A DNA stretch of 64,000 bases from Tubulanus polymorphus (Eukaryota > Animalia > Nemertea): NCBI RefSeq assembly GCF_964204645.1, contig NC_134029.1, positions 11,992,850 to 12,056,849 of the forward strand, in the 5' to 3' direction. The translations under genes were made by a program, and so were the position numbers. Below the pieces are notes generated by a model, which was given only the letters and a program-made list of their open reading frames with translations, was not told the origin of the DNA and made no database searches. Shown here one piece after another: positions 42,461-54,350 of the stretch; position 1 is the first letter of the stretch; each line of letters begins with the position of its first letter.

Positions 42461-43943
42461 AATAATAATAATAATAATAATAATATTTATTTACAGTCCG
42501 TAACATAAAATATCTCAACAGACTTTACAAATTGACAAAAACATAAGACAATTGACAGATATATAAAATATTACCCAATAAAATAGATATTTAATTTCAA
42601 ACGGTTGCTTCAAGTAAAATCATTTGTAGTGCTGATTAAATAGGTGCGTTTTCAATTGCGAGGTAAAACTATTAAGGGAAGATAAGTCGCGCATCGACTG
42701 TGGCAAAGCATTCCAAAGGCGGGGGGCTACCACCGCAAAAGCTCGAGAGCCATAAAATTCTTGGCGGTATCTCGGTTCAAATAATTTAGTTGCCACGGTC
42801 GAGCGCGTGTGTCTGGAAGGTGTAAGAGTGGTTAAAACAGACGAAAGATAGGCTGGTGCTTGGTCATGCAAAATTTTAAAAGTTAACAGGAGAATTTTGT
42901 ATTCAATGCGCGATTGAACAGGGAGCCAATGTAGTTCATACAGTATAGGAGTGATATGCTCGTGCTTCTTAGTTAGAGTGACTAGGCGTGCGGCAGAATT
43001 TTGAAGCATTTGTAGGCGAGAAATATAACAATTCGGAAGACCGTAGAGAAGACTATTACAGTAATCTAATTTGGAAGTTATAAAAGCGTGAATCAATCTT
43101 TCGGTGCTAGTGCGATCTAAAAACTTGCGTATTTTACCAATGCGATGCAGGGAGTAAGAAATCGATCTACAGACGTAAGATATATGACAAGACATGGTAA
43201 AATTATGATCGAAATAAAAGCCAAGATCTCTGACTGACTGACAAGTAGCTATACTGTCATCTCCTATTCTAATACTTGATAGCTTGTCTCCCTTACGAAA
43301 TTTTGACGTAAAATGTATAACCTCTGTCTTACTATCATTAAAAACAAGTCTATTGCACTTCAACCATTCCTTTATTTCGTCAACACACTTCTCAACTCTT
43401 GATTTAGAAGCTGCACAACTCTTGCAGACGAAATAAATCTGGGTATCATCGGCATATAACATTAAGTCGAGTTTATGTTTAATAATAATTTCTTCGATTG
43501 GTGCAAGATATAAACTGAAAAGTGTAGGGCCTAGTACACTCCCCTGAGGTACACCACACATGAGTTTAACATTTTGAGATGACGATCTGTCAATCACGAC
43601 ACGCTGATACCTATTTTCTAAATATGACCTAAACCAGTCTAAAGGAACATCTTTCACTCCATACCGATTCTGTAATCTATTCAATAGAATCCCGTGATCT
43701 ATGGTGTCAAAAGCCGCAGTTAGATCTAATAAGACGAGCACTACTTCATCGTGATTATCAAGAGCTAACAAAATATCATTGTGTACTTTTAAAACTGCCG
43801 TTTCGGTGCTATGGAACTTCCTATAGGCAGACTGAAATGTTGAGAAGAGGTTATTATCGGATAAATACTGACTCAAATCATTCAATACATGCCGCTCTAT
43901 AGCTTTACTGATAAAAGGTAGATTAGAGACAGGTCGATAGTTA
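42461..43943 (-). mobile_element. 5'-truncated L2/CR1-group LINE, apparently young
   Basis: (ATT)n 3' tail at 42461-42485; 7-bp TSD GAATATG at 42454-42460 and 43944-43950; inserted within a HINE repeat unit. Confidence 0.92.
42620..43942 (-). CDS. LINE ORF2 reverse transcriptase domain and C-terminus (5'-truncated, uninterrupted frame)
   Basis: NYRPVSNLPFISK, LDLTAAFDTIDH, GVPQGSVLGP, YADDTQ, LHWLPV motifs in one open frame. Confidence 0.9.
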   Translation of the reverse strand, partial: NYRPVSNLPFISKAIERHVLNDLSQYLSDNNLFSTFQSAYRKFHSTETAVLKVHNDILLALDNHDEVVLVLLDLTAAFDTIDHGILLNRLQNRYGVKDVPLDWFRSYLENRYQRVVIDRSSSQNVKLMCGVPQGSVLGPTLFSLYLAPIEEIIIKHKLDLMLYADDTQIYFVCKSCAASKSRVEKCVDEIKEWLKCNRLVFNDSKTEVIHFTSKFRKGDKLSSIRIGDDSIATCQSVRDLGFYFDHNFTMSCHISYVCRSISYSLHRIGKIRKFLDRTSTERLIHAFITSKLDYCNSLLYGLPNCYISRLQMLQNSAARLVTLTKKHEHITPILYELHWLPVQSRIEYKILLLTFKILHDQAPAYLSSVLTTLTPSRHTRSTVATKLFEPRYRQEFYGSRAFAVVAPRLWNALPQSMRDLSSLNSFTSQLKTHLFNQHYK

Positions 43944-44580
43944 GAATATGGTCACCAAGGGGTGTTAAATCGTAGAATAACTTAGTATTTCCATATTAAA
44001 TTGGTAACGAGGCATATTTTGTTATCACAATCAATTACAAAATCATAGCTGCTGACATGTTCTATGATTGTGGTGAGTTTCAAGGTCATTGGTTTTTGTA
44101 TATGGTCACTAGGGGCGTTGAATATTGAAATTGTTAGATTGTTGAACATTTGAAACCACTTCCCAAGTGGGCATGGTGTCCCTGGACCCCGAGTTACTAA
44201 TTTTTGAACTTTTTGAGGGAAATTTTGAAGACGCTTTGATAAATTACCTTGATCTTTGGTATATATTTGAATCCCTTGAGAAAAATTGGGTCGATCGGAC
44301 TCAAGATGGCCGTCCTATGACCTTTTTAGTGCCCATAAATGTCAATTTCGGTCCGAATTGTGAGTCCTGTAGCTTCCTGCTGGTTTGCTATTTTCCATTG
44401 CAATTTGTGATGGGGTATTCTTTGGAAAGGGATGTTTTATACCCGAGACTGGTGTTTTTGATCAGCCAACTGTGACACAATTGGCGGCCACCTTGGAGCC
44501 ATCAGTACTCATTCGTAGTTGGGAAAAAGTTTTTCCACATTAAATTGATACCTAAGTATATTGTGTTACTCTAATCAATT

Positions 44581-45237
44581 GGATGAGAATTCCCCGCGGA
44601 TCCGCGATTTCCCGCGAATTTCGGTATTGAAAAATATCAATTTTCCAAATAGTCCAAAAATGATGTAAAAGTATGGTGGGGGGGTGTGATGATCTCACTC
44701 AATTGCGGTGCGATCGGTAATCAGGTGAACCGTAAAAGCATTCATTGCCTGTTTTACTTATCGTTGTGTATCGCATTTCAATGCATATCCATTGCAACAC
44801 TGATTCTGACACATTCATCGTAGTAGAAACAAAATCAGTGTTGCAATGGATAGTGTGTGGCGAACGCCTTCAGATATTATACACTACTGGGTGATGATTT
44901 TTAGTGAGCATTCATCGGCGCAATTTAATTGCAATAATTCAGGGCTCGACCCGTAATGCATGAGATGCTGAATACCATCGAATGAGGATGTGCCACATTG
45001 GAACTTGCCATTACCTTCCAAAATATAAAAGTCGTTCATGTGCTCAAGATCGCTCTAAATGCTTTGAAAACGCTTTTAATTTCTAAAATTTTCCTGGGAA
45101 AGGACCCCCAACCCCACCAAAATAGCTTCGCGCCTTCGGCGCTCGCGAGTCCTGACGGCTAAGCCGTCGGCTGGTTTGCGTATGTAACCCAAGAAAAAAA
45201 AAAATGCAGATTTTATAGGTCGGCTTTTTCATCTCTG
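44581..45237. mobile_element. hAT-like non-autonomous element with damaged left end, inside the HINE
   Basis: Right end TTTTTCATCTCTG (reverse complement CAGAGATGAAAA, resembling Ac-type TIRs); left GGATGAGAA. Interrupts HINE sequence. No TSD visible. Confidence 0.5.
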
Positions 45238-45377
45238 GTATATGGCCACCAGGGGGTGTTGAATAATACAATAACTTAGTATTTCTGTATTATATTCGTA
45301 GCTATGCATATTTTATTACCACAATCAATTGCAAAGTTGTAGCTCATGACATTTTCCTATGATATTGGTGAGTTTAA

Positions 45378-45953
45378 CCCTTTCGCTACGTGTGACGTTT
45401 TGGAAACGTCATATGAGTGACACTTGCTGTGCGTATGACGTTGTAGAAACGTCATGCACCTATTGATTTATAACTCGAACGCGTACACAGCAAACAGTAT
45501 GGAAACGCATGTAAGACAAGATAGTTAGCTTTCTAAACAACAGATGGCGAAAATGCGTCAGTAGTTGGTGCTGTCAGCCTGTTGAGCACATGGTAATTTG
45601 CGCGGGATTGAGATGGCTCCCCACTTACGTACCTCTACCAGCGGAAAAGGATATCCCATATCAATTGAATTTCTTTCATCCACACCGTATCATCAATCAC
45701 CAAAGACTGAGATAGGCACTTGGGTGAAAAACTGAAAAAAAAAAATTTTTAACCCATCCTGACCCCCCCCCAACACGCCCCCCCCCCTACAGAAAAGGCT
45801 GTTGGTATGATTTTTTACTGATTTTCACTAAATAACATCATAATCTTCGATAAAAACGCGAAAAATCGGGGTTAAAAACAATTTGAAAAAAATCGAATTT
45901 TTCGGAAAATACCTTACGTAGGGGGCGGTGCAAGCGTGTACGCAGCGAAAGGG
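45378..45953. mobile_element. Non-autonomous piggyBac-like element, 576 bp
   Basis: TTAA-CCCTTTCGCTACGT ... ACGCAGCGAAAGGG-TTAA. Removing it restores the host repeat GTGAGTTTAAGGACATTAG. Confidence 0.88.
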
Positions 45954-46597
45954 TTAAGGACATTAGATATTCTATATGTTCACCAGGGGGCGTTGAATAG
46001 TAGAATAACTTAGTATTTCCTTATTAGATTGGTACCCAGGCATATTTTGTCTCCATGACCAATTGCAAAGTTGTAGCTCATGACATGTTCAATGAATGTG
46101 GTGAGTTTCAAGGACATTGGGTTTTGAATATGATCACCAGGGGGCGTTGAATAGTAGAATGACTTAGTATTTCCATGTTAAATTGGTAACAAGGCATATT
46201 TTATTATAACAATCAATTACAAAATCGTAGCAGCTGACATGTTCTATTATTGTGTTAAGTGTGAAGGTCATTGGTTTTTGTATATGGTCACCAGGGGGCG
46301 TTGAATATTGAAATTGTTTAATTGTTCAGCATTTGAAACCACTTCCCAAGTGGGCATGGTGTTCCTGGACCCCTAGTTATTTGAACTTTTATTATTTTAT
46401 GTTCAATTTCTTGTGAAACATCAACTTATTTTTTTATTGCATATCGTTTTTTGTTGGTTTTATTGTATTATCTATTGATGCTAAGAATGTTTTTCTGTCT
46501 CCCATTTATATAGAAAAAAAAAATTACGTGTGGTGATGAGTGATGTGACGTCCTCTCATCCTCTGGCCTCAAACCCACATTTTGCAATTACTAATAG

Positions 46598-47223
46598 GCC
46601 TAGAGCCATTTTCCCAATTTGATCTCTAGCGGGCGCTGTACAGGTTGCGCTTGTAAGATCTTTAAATTGTTATTTGTCCTACAGTCATGGACAAAACTCG
46701 ATGTACAGATAGTACTGGCCTAGGGACCAAACGTTTTAGACCCGTTTTCCCAATTTGACTTTTAGGGTGCGCTATACAGGTCACTTTTAAAATCTTAAAC
46801 CGCTTCCTGTCCTACAATTATAATCTGATGTTGATGAAACTTGGTATGTAGATACTATGGGCCAAGGGCTACAGAGTTATAGAGGTGTTTTCCAAATTTG
46901 ACCTCTAGGGGATGCTGTATGCATGGCGCTTGTAAAATCTTGAAATCACTACTATTCCTATGTCCTACAGTTATTAGGCCCCTATCCAATTTTGACGAAA
47001 TGTAGATATAATGGGCCAAGGACTAAAATGATATAGAGCCCTCAGGGGGGCTGTACAGGTCACATTTGTATAATCTTTAAATTGTTACTTGTCCTACAAT
47101 CATTATCCCATCTCGACAAAACTTGGTATGTGAATACTATGGGCTAAGGGCTAAGCAGTTATAGAGCCATTTTCCGGATTTGAACACTAGATGGCGCTGT
47201 GCAGGTACTCCTTGTAAAATCTT
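46598..47223. repeat. Diverged ~140-bp tandem repeat (about 4-5 units), probably a HINE-type core
   Basis: Recurring TAGAGCCATTTTCC..ATTTGA..CTAG..GGCGCTGTACAGG..TTGTAAAATCTT..GTCCTACA blocks. Confidence 0.7.
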
Positions 47224-47441
47224 ATCTGTTTTCGCTGGCAGGCTGCTTGTTTTTAAGTAAAGGCACTAGAAAAATTTCAGGGGTTGCACATGCTGTGGGA
47301 CTCCAGTATCTGCCCCTGCTTAGACCCATTTGAACAAATCTTTTGGATTTTATCTTTACTATAGGATCTGGGAATAGTGGTCTGGGCTTCAGGCTCACTT
47401 GTTGACCAGCCAGTTTCAGGTGAAGCTGAACTTGTGTTGAG

Positions 47442-47549
47442 ATGGCTTTGAAAGGCATCAAAGTAATTGAACTAGCTGGACTTGCTCCTACCCCGTTTTG
47501 TGGTATGATGCTTGCTGATTTTGGTGCTGAAGTCATTAGGATTGACCGG
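47442..47549 (+). CDS. AMACR: First coding exon of alpha-methylacyl-CoA racemase (CoA-transferase family III fold)
   Basis: Translates [36 protein letters not shown], matching the conserved AMACR N-terminus. Phase-0 donor GTAAGA at 47550; candidate acceptor TTTCAG ending at 47419. Confidence 0.9.
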
Positions 47550-47683
47550 GTAAGATAAGAAGAGTATGAATAATATTATGAGTATAAGTACAGCATTATT
47601 CTAATAATATATATATATCATATTTATTCTCTGAATAATTTACATCAATGTATAAAAAGATATATAAGACTTACATTACAAAA

Positions 47684-47908
<225 letters not shown>

Positions 47909-49779
47909 GACGCATTCTCGAATATGACCCATTTCAAATTGGCGCAAGGATATCACTATCACTGACGCGGAGGGCTATACTTGAAGCTCGCATCAGTATT
48001 CATTTCCGACAAGATTTAACAGAAATTAGCCAAAATTCAGTACAATGATAATGATAAATTATTTTTTCATTTAACTACATTACAAAATTATTTTCACAAT
48101 CAAAATATGTTTTATTTATTGGTTTTATGTGTTTTTAAAGAACACTTCGAGATTTTCGTGGTGGTTTAAATTGAGGGCCCGACTGTCTCTGTGATCAGTG
48201 AAGCATGGGCTTTATGCTTGACATTCACGGTCTTGTTAGTTAACCGAAGTAATAGTAGACATCTCCGATTGAATCAGACGTAGACGTAGCGCATTCGTCT
48301 GGATAATATTGGCTTGTGCGATAAGTGATGTTGTAACATATTCAACGAAAACATTCTACATGATCTACTCAAAAGAAGACTTCACTCCATTCGGAATATG
48401 CAGATGTACCAGCATCCACGTGAAAACGAACACGAAAGAAAGTATGATAATTATTTCTGCACTTCGATTTCAAAGACATGGACATCTTTTATGTACTTGC
48501 ATTTCCGATTTCAAAATTCAAATCCCTTGTTTTTTCTCCTGGCGTGTAGTGGATATCAAAAGGGATGCAGCCAATACCTAATGAACCACCTGTTCTATTT
48601 AATATTTTCAGCTTCACGATATTTTGATCTTAAAATGGGGATTCATCCTGTTATTCATTTGATTGGTAGATATCGTTTGATTTGTTGGATTTGGTGTCCC
48701 TTACAAACCTACCAAGGTTTGATTTTGATATCGGTTGTTGTGTGATTGTGTCGGGCAACTTTGAGATTGAAAGTTGATTAACTATATATTTATCTCACGC
48801 CTTTACGGCTTACCAAGGTTGAACTCAAGCGTTAGTCGAAAACTCACGCACCCATGTACTTTATGGTAAATGATCACAAAAAAGTTCCGTCATGTTTAGA
48901 AGCAGGTATCATTTCTAGCATAAAATAAGACATGATTCATAAAATGTGGCCAACATGTGGTGTACTGCAGAATAGCATGATTATTGCTTCTGTAACACAT
49001 TACTGATTACATATTCCTTATAACAAATGTTCTTCTAGTAAAACAATACAACAAAAACAGGTATGCAGATCTTCCTGCTCAATTATAATTGTTCACAGAC
49101 CTAAGTTTGTCCATTTGAAAAAAAAAATAGAATATTTATGCTTAAATTGAATAACCTCAAAAGCGAAAATCCATTGATGAGTATATGACTCCTGAACTGA
49201 CCCACAGTCAAGTATATATGTATATATATTTAAATATATATGAGCTCGAATAATATACAGAAATCATGTCAGTTCACTCAAGATGAATACCGGTATACAC
49301 AATGATTCCTAGAACAGAATCATCCATTTGAGTGCAATACTTTTTCACAAGAATTTCTCCACAAATTAAAGAAAATCCATTTGGGTAAAAAAAAACAATG
49401 GCTCCTAGTATATAATGACGCACGGAAACATATCTGTTCATGCTCAAAAATGTATAAATAGGTAAATCTATCCTCAGAAGTTAACTGAAAAACAAGTTTG
49501 GGAACTAACTGTTCGCCAATATACAACTTCTAATTTGTCTATGTGATGCCAGAAATAATTAATGGGTCCTTAGGTAGAGTAAGTAAAACTCAATCAGCGA
49601 TGGATTCATAAAAGAATTTTATTTACGGTAGGAAATAAAATGTTTTATGAGAGCCAGCGTCGTTTATCTATCACGTGATCTAACACGTGTCTTATCACTT
49701 GTTGGATTCCGCCCACTGAGTAACCTCGTGGCGATTTAGTCCGTCTGAGTTTCCTAGACGCATACGTTTTATTTCAATC

Positions 49780-49990
49780 ATGGCAGTTAGAATTGTGGTC
49801 CTCGGTCATTCGTTTATACACAGGCTAATAGTACTAATCCTTTCCTAATTAAGGATTCGAATCCAATCGCGTTTTCATACAGTTCTTGGTTTTCGTGGCG
49901 CAACTATTTTGCCCGGTCGATCATCCATTCAAGAGATGTCTGCCATCTGACATCGATTATGATGTGGCTTTTATTCATATTGGCTGTAAC
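49780..49990 (+). pseudogene. SGNH-hydrolase fragment, likely retrotransposon-derived (Ngaro/DIRS-type or LINE ORF1 esterase)
   Basis: MAVRIVVLGHSFIHRL ... FLGFRGATI ... DVAFIHIGCN correspond to SGNH blocks I-III; frameshifted. Confidence 0.6.
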
Positions 49991-50967
49991 GGCAAACCTA
50001 GTTCGGTGTTTTATTCTCACGGAGCAAGGGGAATCATAAATAGTAGTATGTACCGTAAATCTTGCACGTGACATGATTCCTACGTTAATGATCTGTGATG
50101 TTTATCTGATGCGCCCCAATGTTTGTTTGCGTTAAGTTTGTGAAAGGCTGATTTACATATAAATTTCATTCTATAAAAAGTATAATTGGATAATAATAAT
50201 CGACCATAATCCATCACAATAACGATGGATCGTTCTGAGCAGGTATATTGGGTATTTGATCAACCTGAACTAAAGTCTGATTTCCCGCAGATGCAATTTA
50301 CCGACAAAAGCAGCAATCCCCAAGGATGGTGTTAAATCAAGGTATGACTGTATGTTAATTTGATATGAGTATATAATACATGACTCTCACAATCAAATGA
50401 CTCGTTGTATAACTAATATGTATATACATACATTTTTCCCCCAACGTCAACCAATTTTGAAATGAGTATCTTATTATTCAAAGCCTATTCAAGATGAGTA
50501 TATCAAATAACTGATCACATAGGATGACTCGTGATCTAGTATGAGTACACTAAATAAGTACTTTAAACTCGTACTACACTGACTCCTAACATTGAATGAC
50601 TCTTTGTATATGTAATAGGCCTACTTATACATATTTTCCCCAAAAACCAACATAAACCTAATTGGATTGAGTATATATCGTATAAAACGACTCGGGATCA
50701 CTCGTCGTATATCTACTACATATATTTCTCCCATATTCATCATTGGCAAACTTGACCTACGTTCATCCATGGATGTATAAACTAGCGGGGTCGACCTTTA
50801 CGCTCAGCAGACGGAAAAACAAGGTATCACCTTTTTAGCCCAAGGTGAGCCAATTGATGAGTAGATTTAATGAATCTTCTCACAGGATGACTGGTATACC
50901 TACTATATATACATCTCCCCGACCCCGCGTCAGTCTATTTGAAATGTATCTATATCAATTTGAAGTG

Positions 50968-51663
50968 TCTATATCTATACTATAAGAGACAAACGGCGAA
51001 ACATTGTCACGGGTTGACGTCGTCTGTGCGCTTTGGTTGGTGAAGGACCGGTGTTAAAATGTCCATGAAATACCCGACCATGTGTTATCCAGTTTCTCCC
51101 GTGCAGTACAGGGGTTCACAAAATATCTTAGGAAAATGGACTCAAATGTTTTTCCAATAAATTACTTCGATTTAGAATAAACATAAAAAGTAAATTCATC
51201 CAAATCAAGTCAAGTGAAATCTTCAAATCAATTAAATTGGACCATATTTTATAGCAAAATAATCAACTTATCTCAATCATGATATAACACAGGACGGGTA
51301 CATAGCTTGGCCGCGTGTATGTCTAGGGTAGCATTTTGCTGATACGATAATAGATATATTTATTGACCGTATAAAATTACTGCGTTTTCTCACTACGCGC
51401 AAGCTGATTAAAAAACATTTACAGAAGGATTTGGTGAGCGTCGGCTGTTGCTTGGTTACAGTATAGTGTGCTAGACCAGACACAGGGTGGTGACCCGAAG
51501 TCACCTCGTGCCAGTCACACAGACCAGGACTGAAATTGGTAAATCTCGGACCGCTTGGTTTAAACAGTGATTTTATTCTCTACACATTACTATGTATAAT
51601 ATAATAGATAAAATGATAAAGTATGGAGTTTGGCGGGCAACGAAAGACCAATGAGATGACTAG
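50968..51663 (+). mobile_element. Possible non-autonomous Helitron
   Basis: 5' TCTATATCTATACTATAAG and 3' GGCGGGCAACG...GACTAG resemble Helitron termini; the 3' hairpin is degraded. Confidence 0.4.
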
Positions 51664-52024
51664 AATGAAATGTACATACTCATATGTAGTATGAGTATGA
51701 CTATTTGCAATATGTCTGGCCGGCACAAGCTCGCAATATCAGAAAAATATGGTATATCACGATAGTATGCGCGACACTGACTAAGAATATAATGGGGATT
51801 ACTGTATCTATCTTCGCACTGTTGAAATGAGTATTAAATGACTCCTAGCATAGATATACTCCTTGTATTTTACTTTAAATTATGGCTAACATGTATCGTC
51901 AGGCAATTTAAGGCATATTAAATGGCTTATAGTTTAGAATGACTCTACCCCAGCGTATTTGGTATGAGGAGAGAATCCCACAATGATAATAAAAAGTCCG
52001 AAAATGAAACTTCGAGATAGTAGT

Positions 52025-52071
52025 TTATTTCAACGTTTCGACTATATCCTAATAGTCATCTTCAGGAATAA
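52025..52071 (-). ncRNA. Penelope-associated minimal hammerhead ribozyme motif (intact stem II)
   Basis: TTATTC-CTGAAGA-T-GACTAT-TAGGAT-ATAGTC-GAAAC-GTT-GAAATAA on the minus strand. Confidence 0.75.
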
Positions 52072-52380
52072 TGAGATACTACAGAAATTATGAGATATAT
52101 ATACAATCCAGAGACAAAGAGACTAATTCAAGTAATCAGAGATGATACAAACTAAAGGAAAATTAACGTAGAAACAGTTACACGCTAAAATAGATTAAAG
52201 GGAAGCAAACTAAGGGGTAATTATAAACAACAATAGTGAGTATAAACATAAATGAAACTTAAAGTCAGTAGTAAAAAGAAAGACAAACTAGGGGGCACTT
52301 AAATTAAAACAAAGGTGAATACAAGTTAAGTCAGAGACGAAATTGATGAGAGAACAAATAACAAATAATCAAAGGGGAAA

Positions 52381-54350
52381 TCAAGTGTTGAGTTTAACCA
52401 GTTTACAGAGGAATTTTGATATAAGTTTATTATGGGGTGAAAAACCATTGTTAAGGTTTACAACGTTGTTCGAATTTTCAATAATTAATGCAGATTCCAA
52501 AATATGTCTTCTAGTTTTATCGCTGCAAGGGTAAATTAATTCAGCATTAGCAAAATCAAAATTGTGTGAAGTCTGAAAAACATGACTAGCAACTCCGCTT
52601 TCAGGTTTAAAGTTTTTTACATCTAATTTATGCTCTTTTATGCGTTGATTAAGATTCCGACCTGTTTCTCCTATATATACTTTGTCGCAAACTTTACAAG
52701 GTATTTTATAAATTCCACAGTTTAAGGATTCGGTTTTCGGTTTGTTATTAATCAATATGTTACTAAGTTTATTATTGTATTTAAAGATAAGTTGTTTATT
52801 TAGTGACCGAAGAGAAATTTTAGAATTCTCGAGGAAAGGTACATACGGTACAATGATAGGCTGTTTATCGGTAGCCAACGTAGGAGTTCTAAGGTTGTTA
52901 TTTCTAATATGCGTAGTACGAGCTTTAAGTAGAGCTTTTTTCAATAGGAAATCGGGGTAGGCAAGTTTTTTGAGAGATTGGTTAATATGTTGAATTTCAT
53001 CGGGTAGAAATGAGGGGTCGCAAATTCTCAAAGCGCGAAGAAATAATCCTTGAGCTAAACCGAGTTTAATATCCGGAGAAGTAAAAGAGAAGTATTGGAG
53101 GTAGGATTCAGCGTTGGGAGGTTTCCTATAAACCGCGAATTTCAAAAAGGATCCACAGTTAAAAAGCAAAACATCCAGAAAAGGTATTTTACTATTAGAT
53201 TCCCATTCATACGTAAAAGCCAGAGACGGGTAAAGGGAGTTTAAATATATAAGAAAGTTATCAACATTGAAGTCAAAGGGAACCAAAGCCAGAACATCGT
53301 CAACATATCTGAGCCAGATTTTAGGGTGAATATCAGTATAAAGAGGCAATATTTCAGATTCAACATGTTCTAGGAATAAATTAGCTAGAATAGGACTAAG
53401 AGGATTTCCCATAGCGATACCGAATGTCTGTTCGTAAAAACAATTGTTGAATTCAAAAAAGGAGTCCGTCGTACAAATAGAGATAAGGTCGATGATACAA
53501 TCCGTAGGAATGCCGAAGTTAATGTTAAGTGATGGTAATCTGCGTTTTAAGAAATCAAGAGTAGGTCCAAGAGGAACATTGGTAAAAAGGGAAGTAACAT
53601 CAAATGATATAAATTGCCAGGGATAATATTCTTAATACGTTCAAGTAAGTGTTGATTATGGCGAAGGTGCGACGGAGAGAACGAACCGAGCACCGGAGAT
53701 AACGGTTTCGCGAGAAATTTAGATAACCAGTGTGTAGGAGAATTACAATTGGAGACTATAGGGCGCAGTGGAACATTATCTTTATGAATTTTAGGCAAAC
53801 CATAGATATATGGTAAAGAGGGAAGACGTGAATGGAACTTATTTAGAGTTTCTTTAGCGGAGGGGAAACGTTTAATAATATCCGAAAGACTTCTGTTGAA
53901 ATTAGCTTGCATACGAGGATTCGATTTAAGTTTCTTATAAACACCAATATTATCCAAGAGAGATTGCATTTTAACATTATAATTATCCCGATCTAAAATC
54001 ACAATCTTGCCACCTTTATCAGCCTTAGATATTTTAATAGTCTTTAACTTCCGTAGTTCTTGGAGGGCGAGCCGAAATCGACGAGGTAGATATTCAAAGA
54101 GGTTCCTGTTGAGGTGATCGCAAATAGCCTGTAGATTCATGAACATAAAGTTATAGTCCAAACTGTTCGGAGATGATTTGCGATATTCCAATTGGGTGAC
54201 AAAGTCTAAAACATGTTTATCTTGATGAGGAAGAGAAAAATTCAAACCGTAGCCGAGAAGTTGACACTGAGTAGAAGATAACGTGGTTGAAGACAAATTT
54301 ACTATGTTTTCGGTGTTGCTAAATCTAGTCCAAGGGCTGGAGTCAATGAG
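52381..54350 (-). pseudogene. Penelope RT plus GIY-YIG endonuclease ORF, 5'-truncated, frameshifted near 53612
   Basis: KADKG, YGLPKIHK, PLRPIVS, SFDVTSLFTNVP, MGNPLSP, RYVDD, GIYKIPCKVCDKVYIGET motifs. Confidence 0.9.

Larger units (their letters stand above)
41121..46378 (+). mobile_element. Helentron-associated non-autonomous element (HINE/DINE-1-like): one full copy (to ~44195) plus a partial tandem copy, with ~154-bp internal repeats and three nested insertions
   Basis: 5' TTTTAGCCCACTTGG subterminal repeat followed by a TCCG-type microsatellite. Partner CCAAGTGGGC plus short hairpin-like ending in AGTT at ~44162-44195 and ~46346-46378. Internal repeat starts at 41838, 41992, 42151, 42305. 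Confidence 0.75.

Noticed and set aside
47222-47536. 104-aa minus-strand ORF
   Set aside because: Antisense shadow of the AMACR exon.
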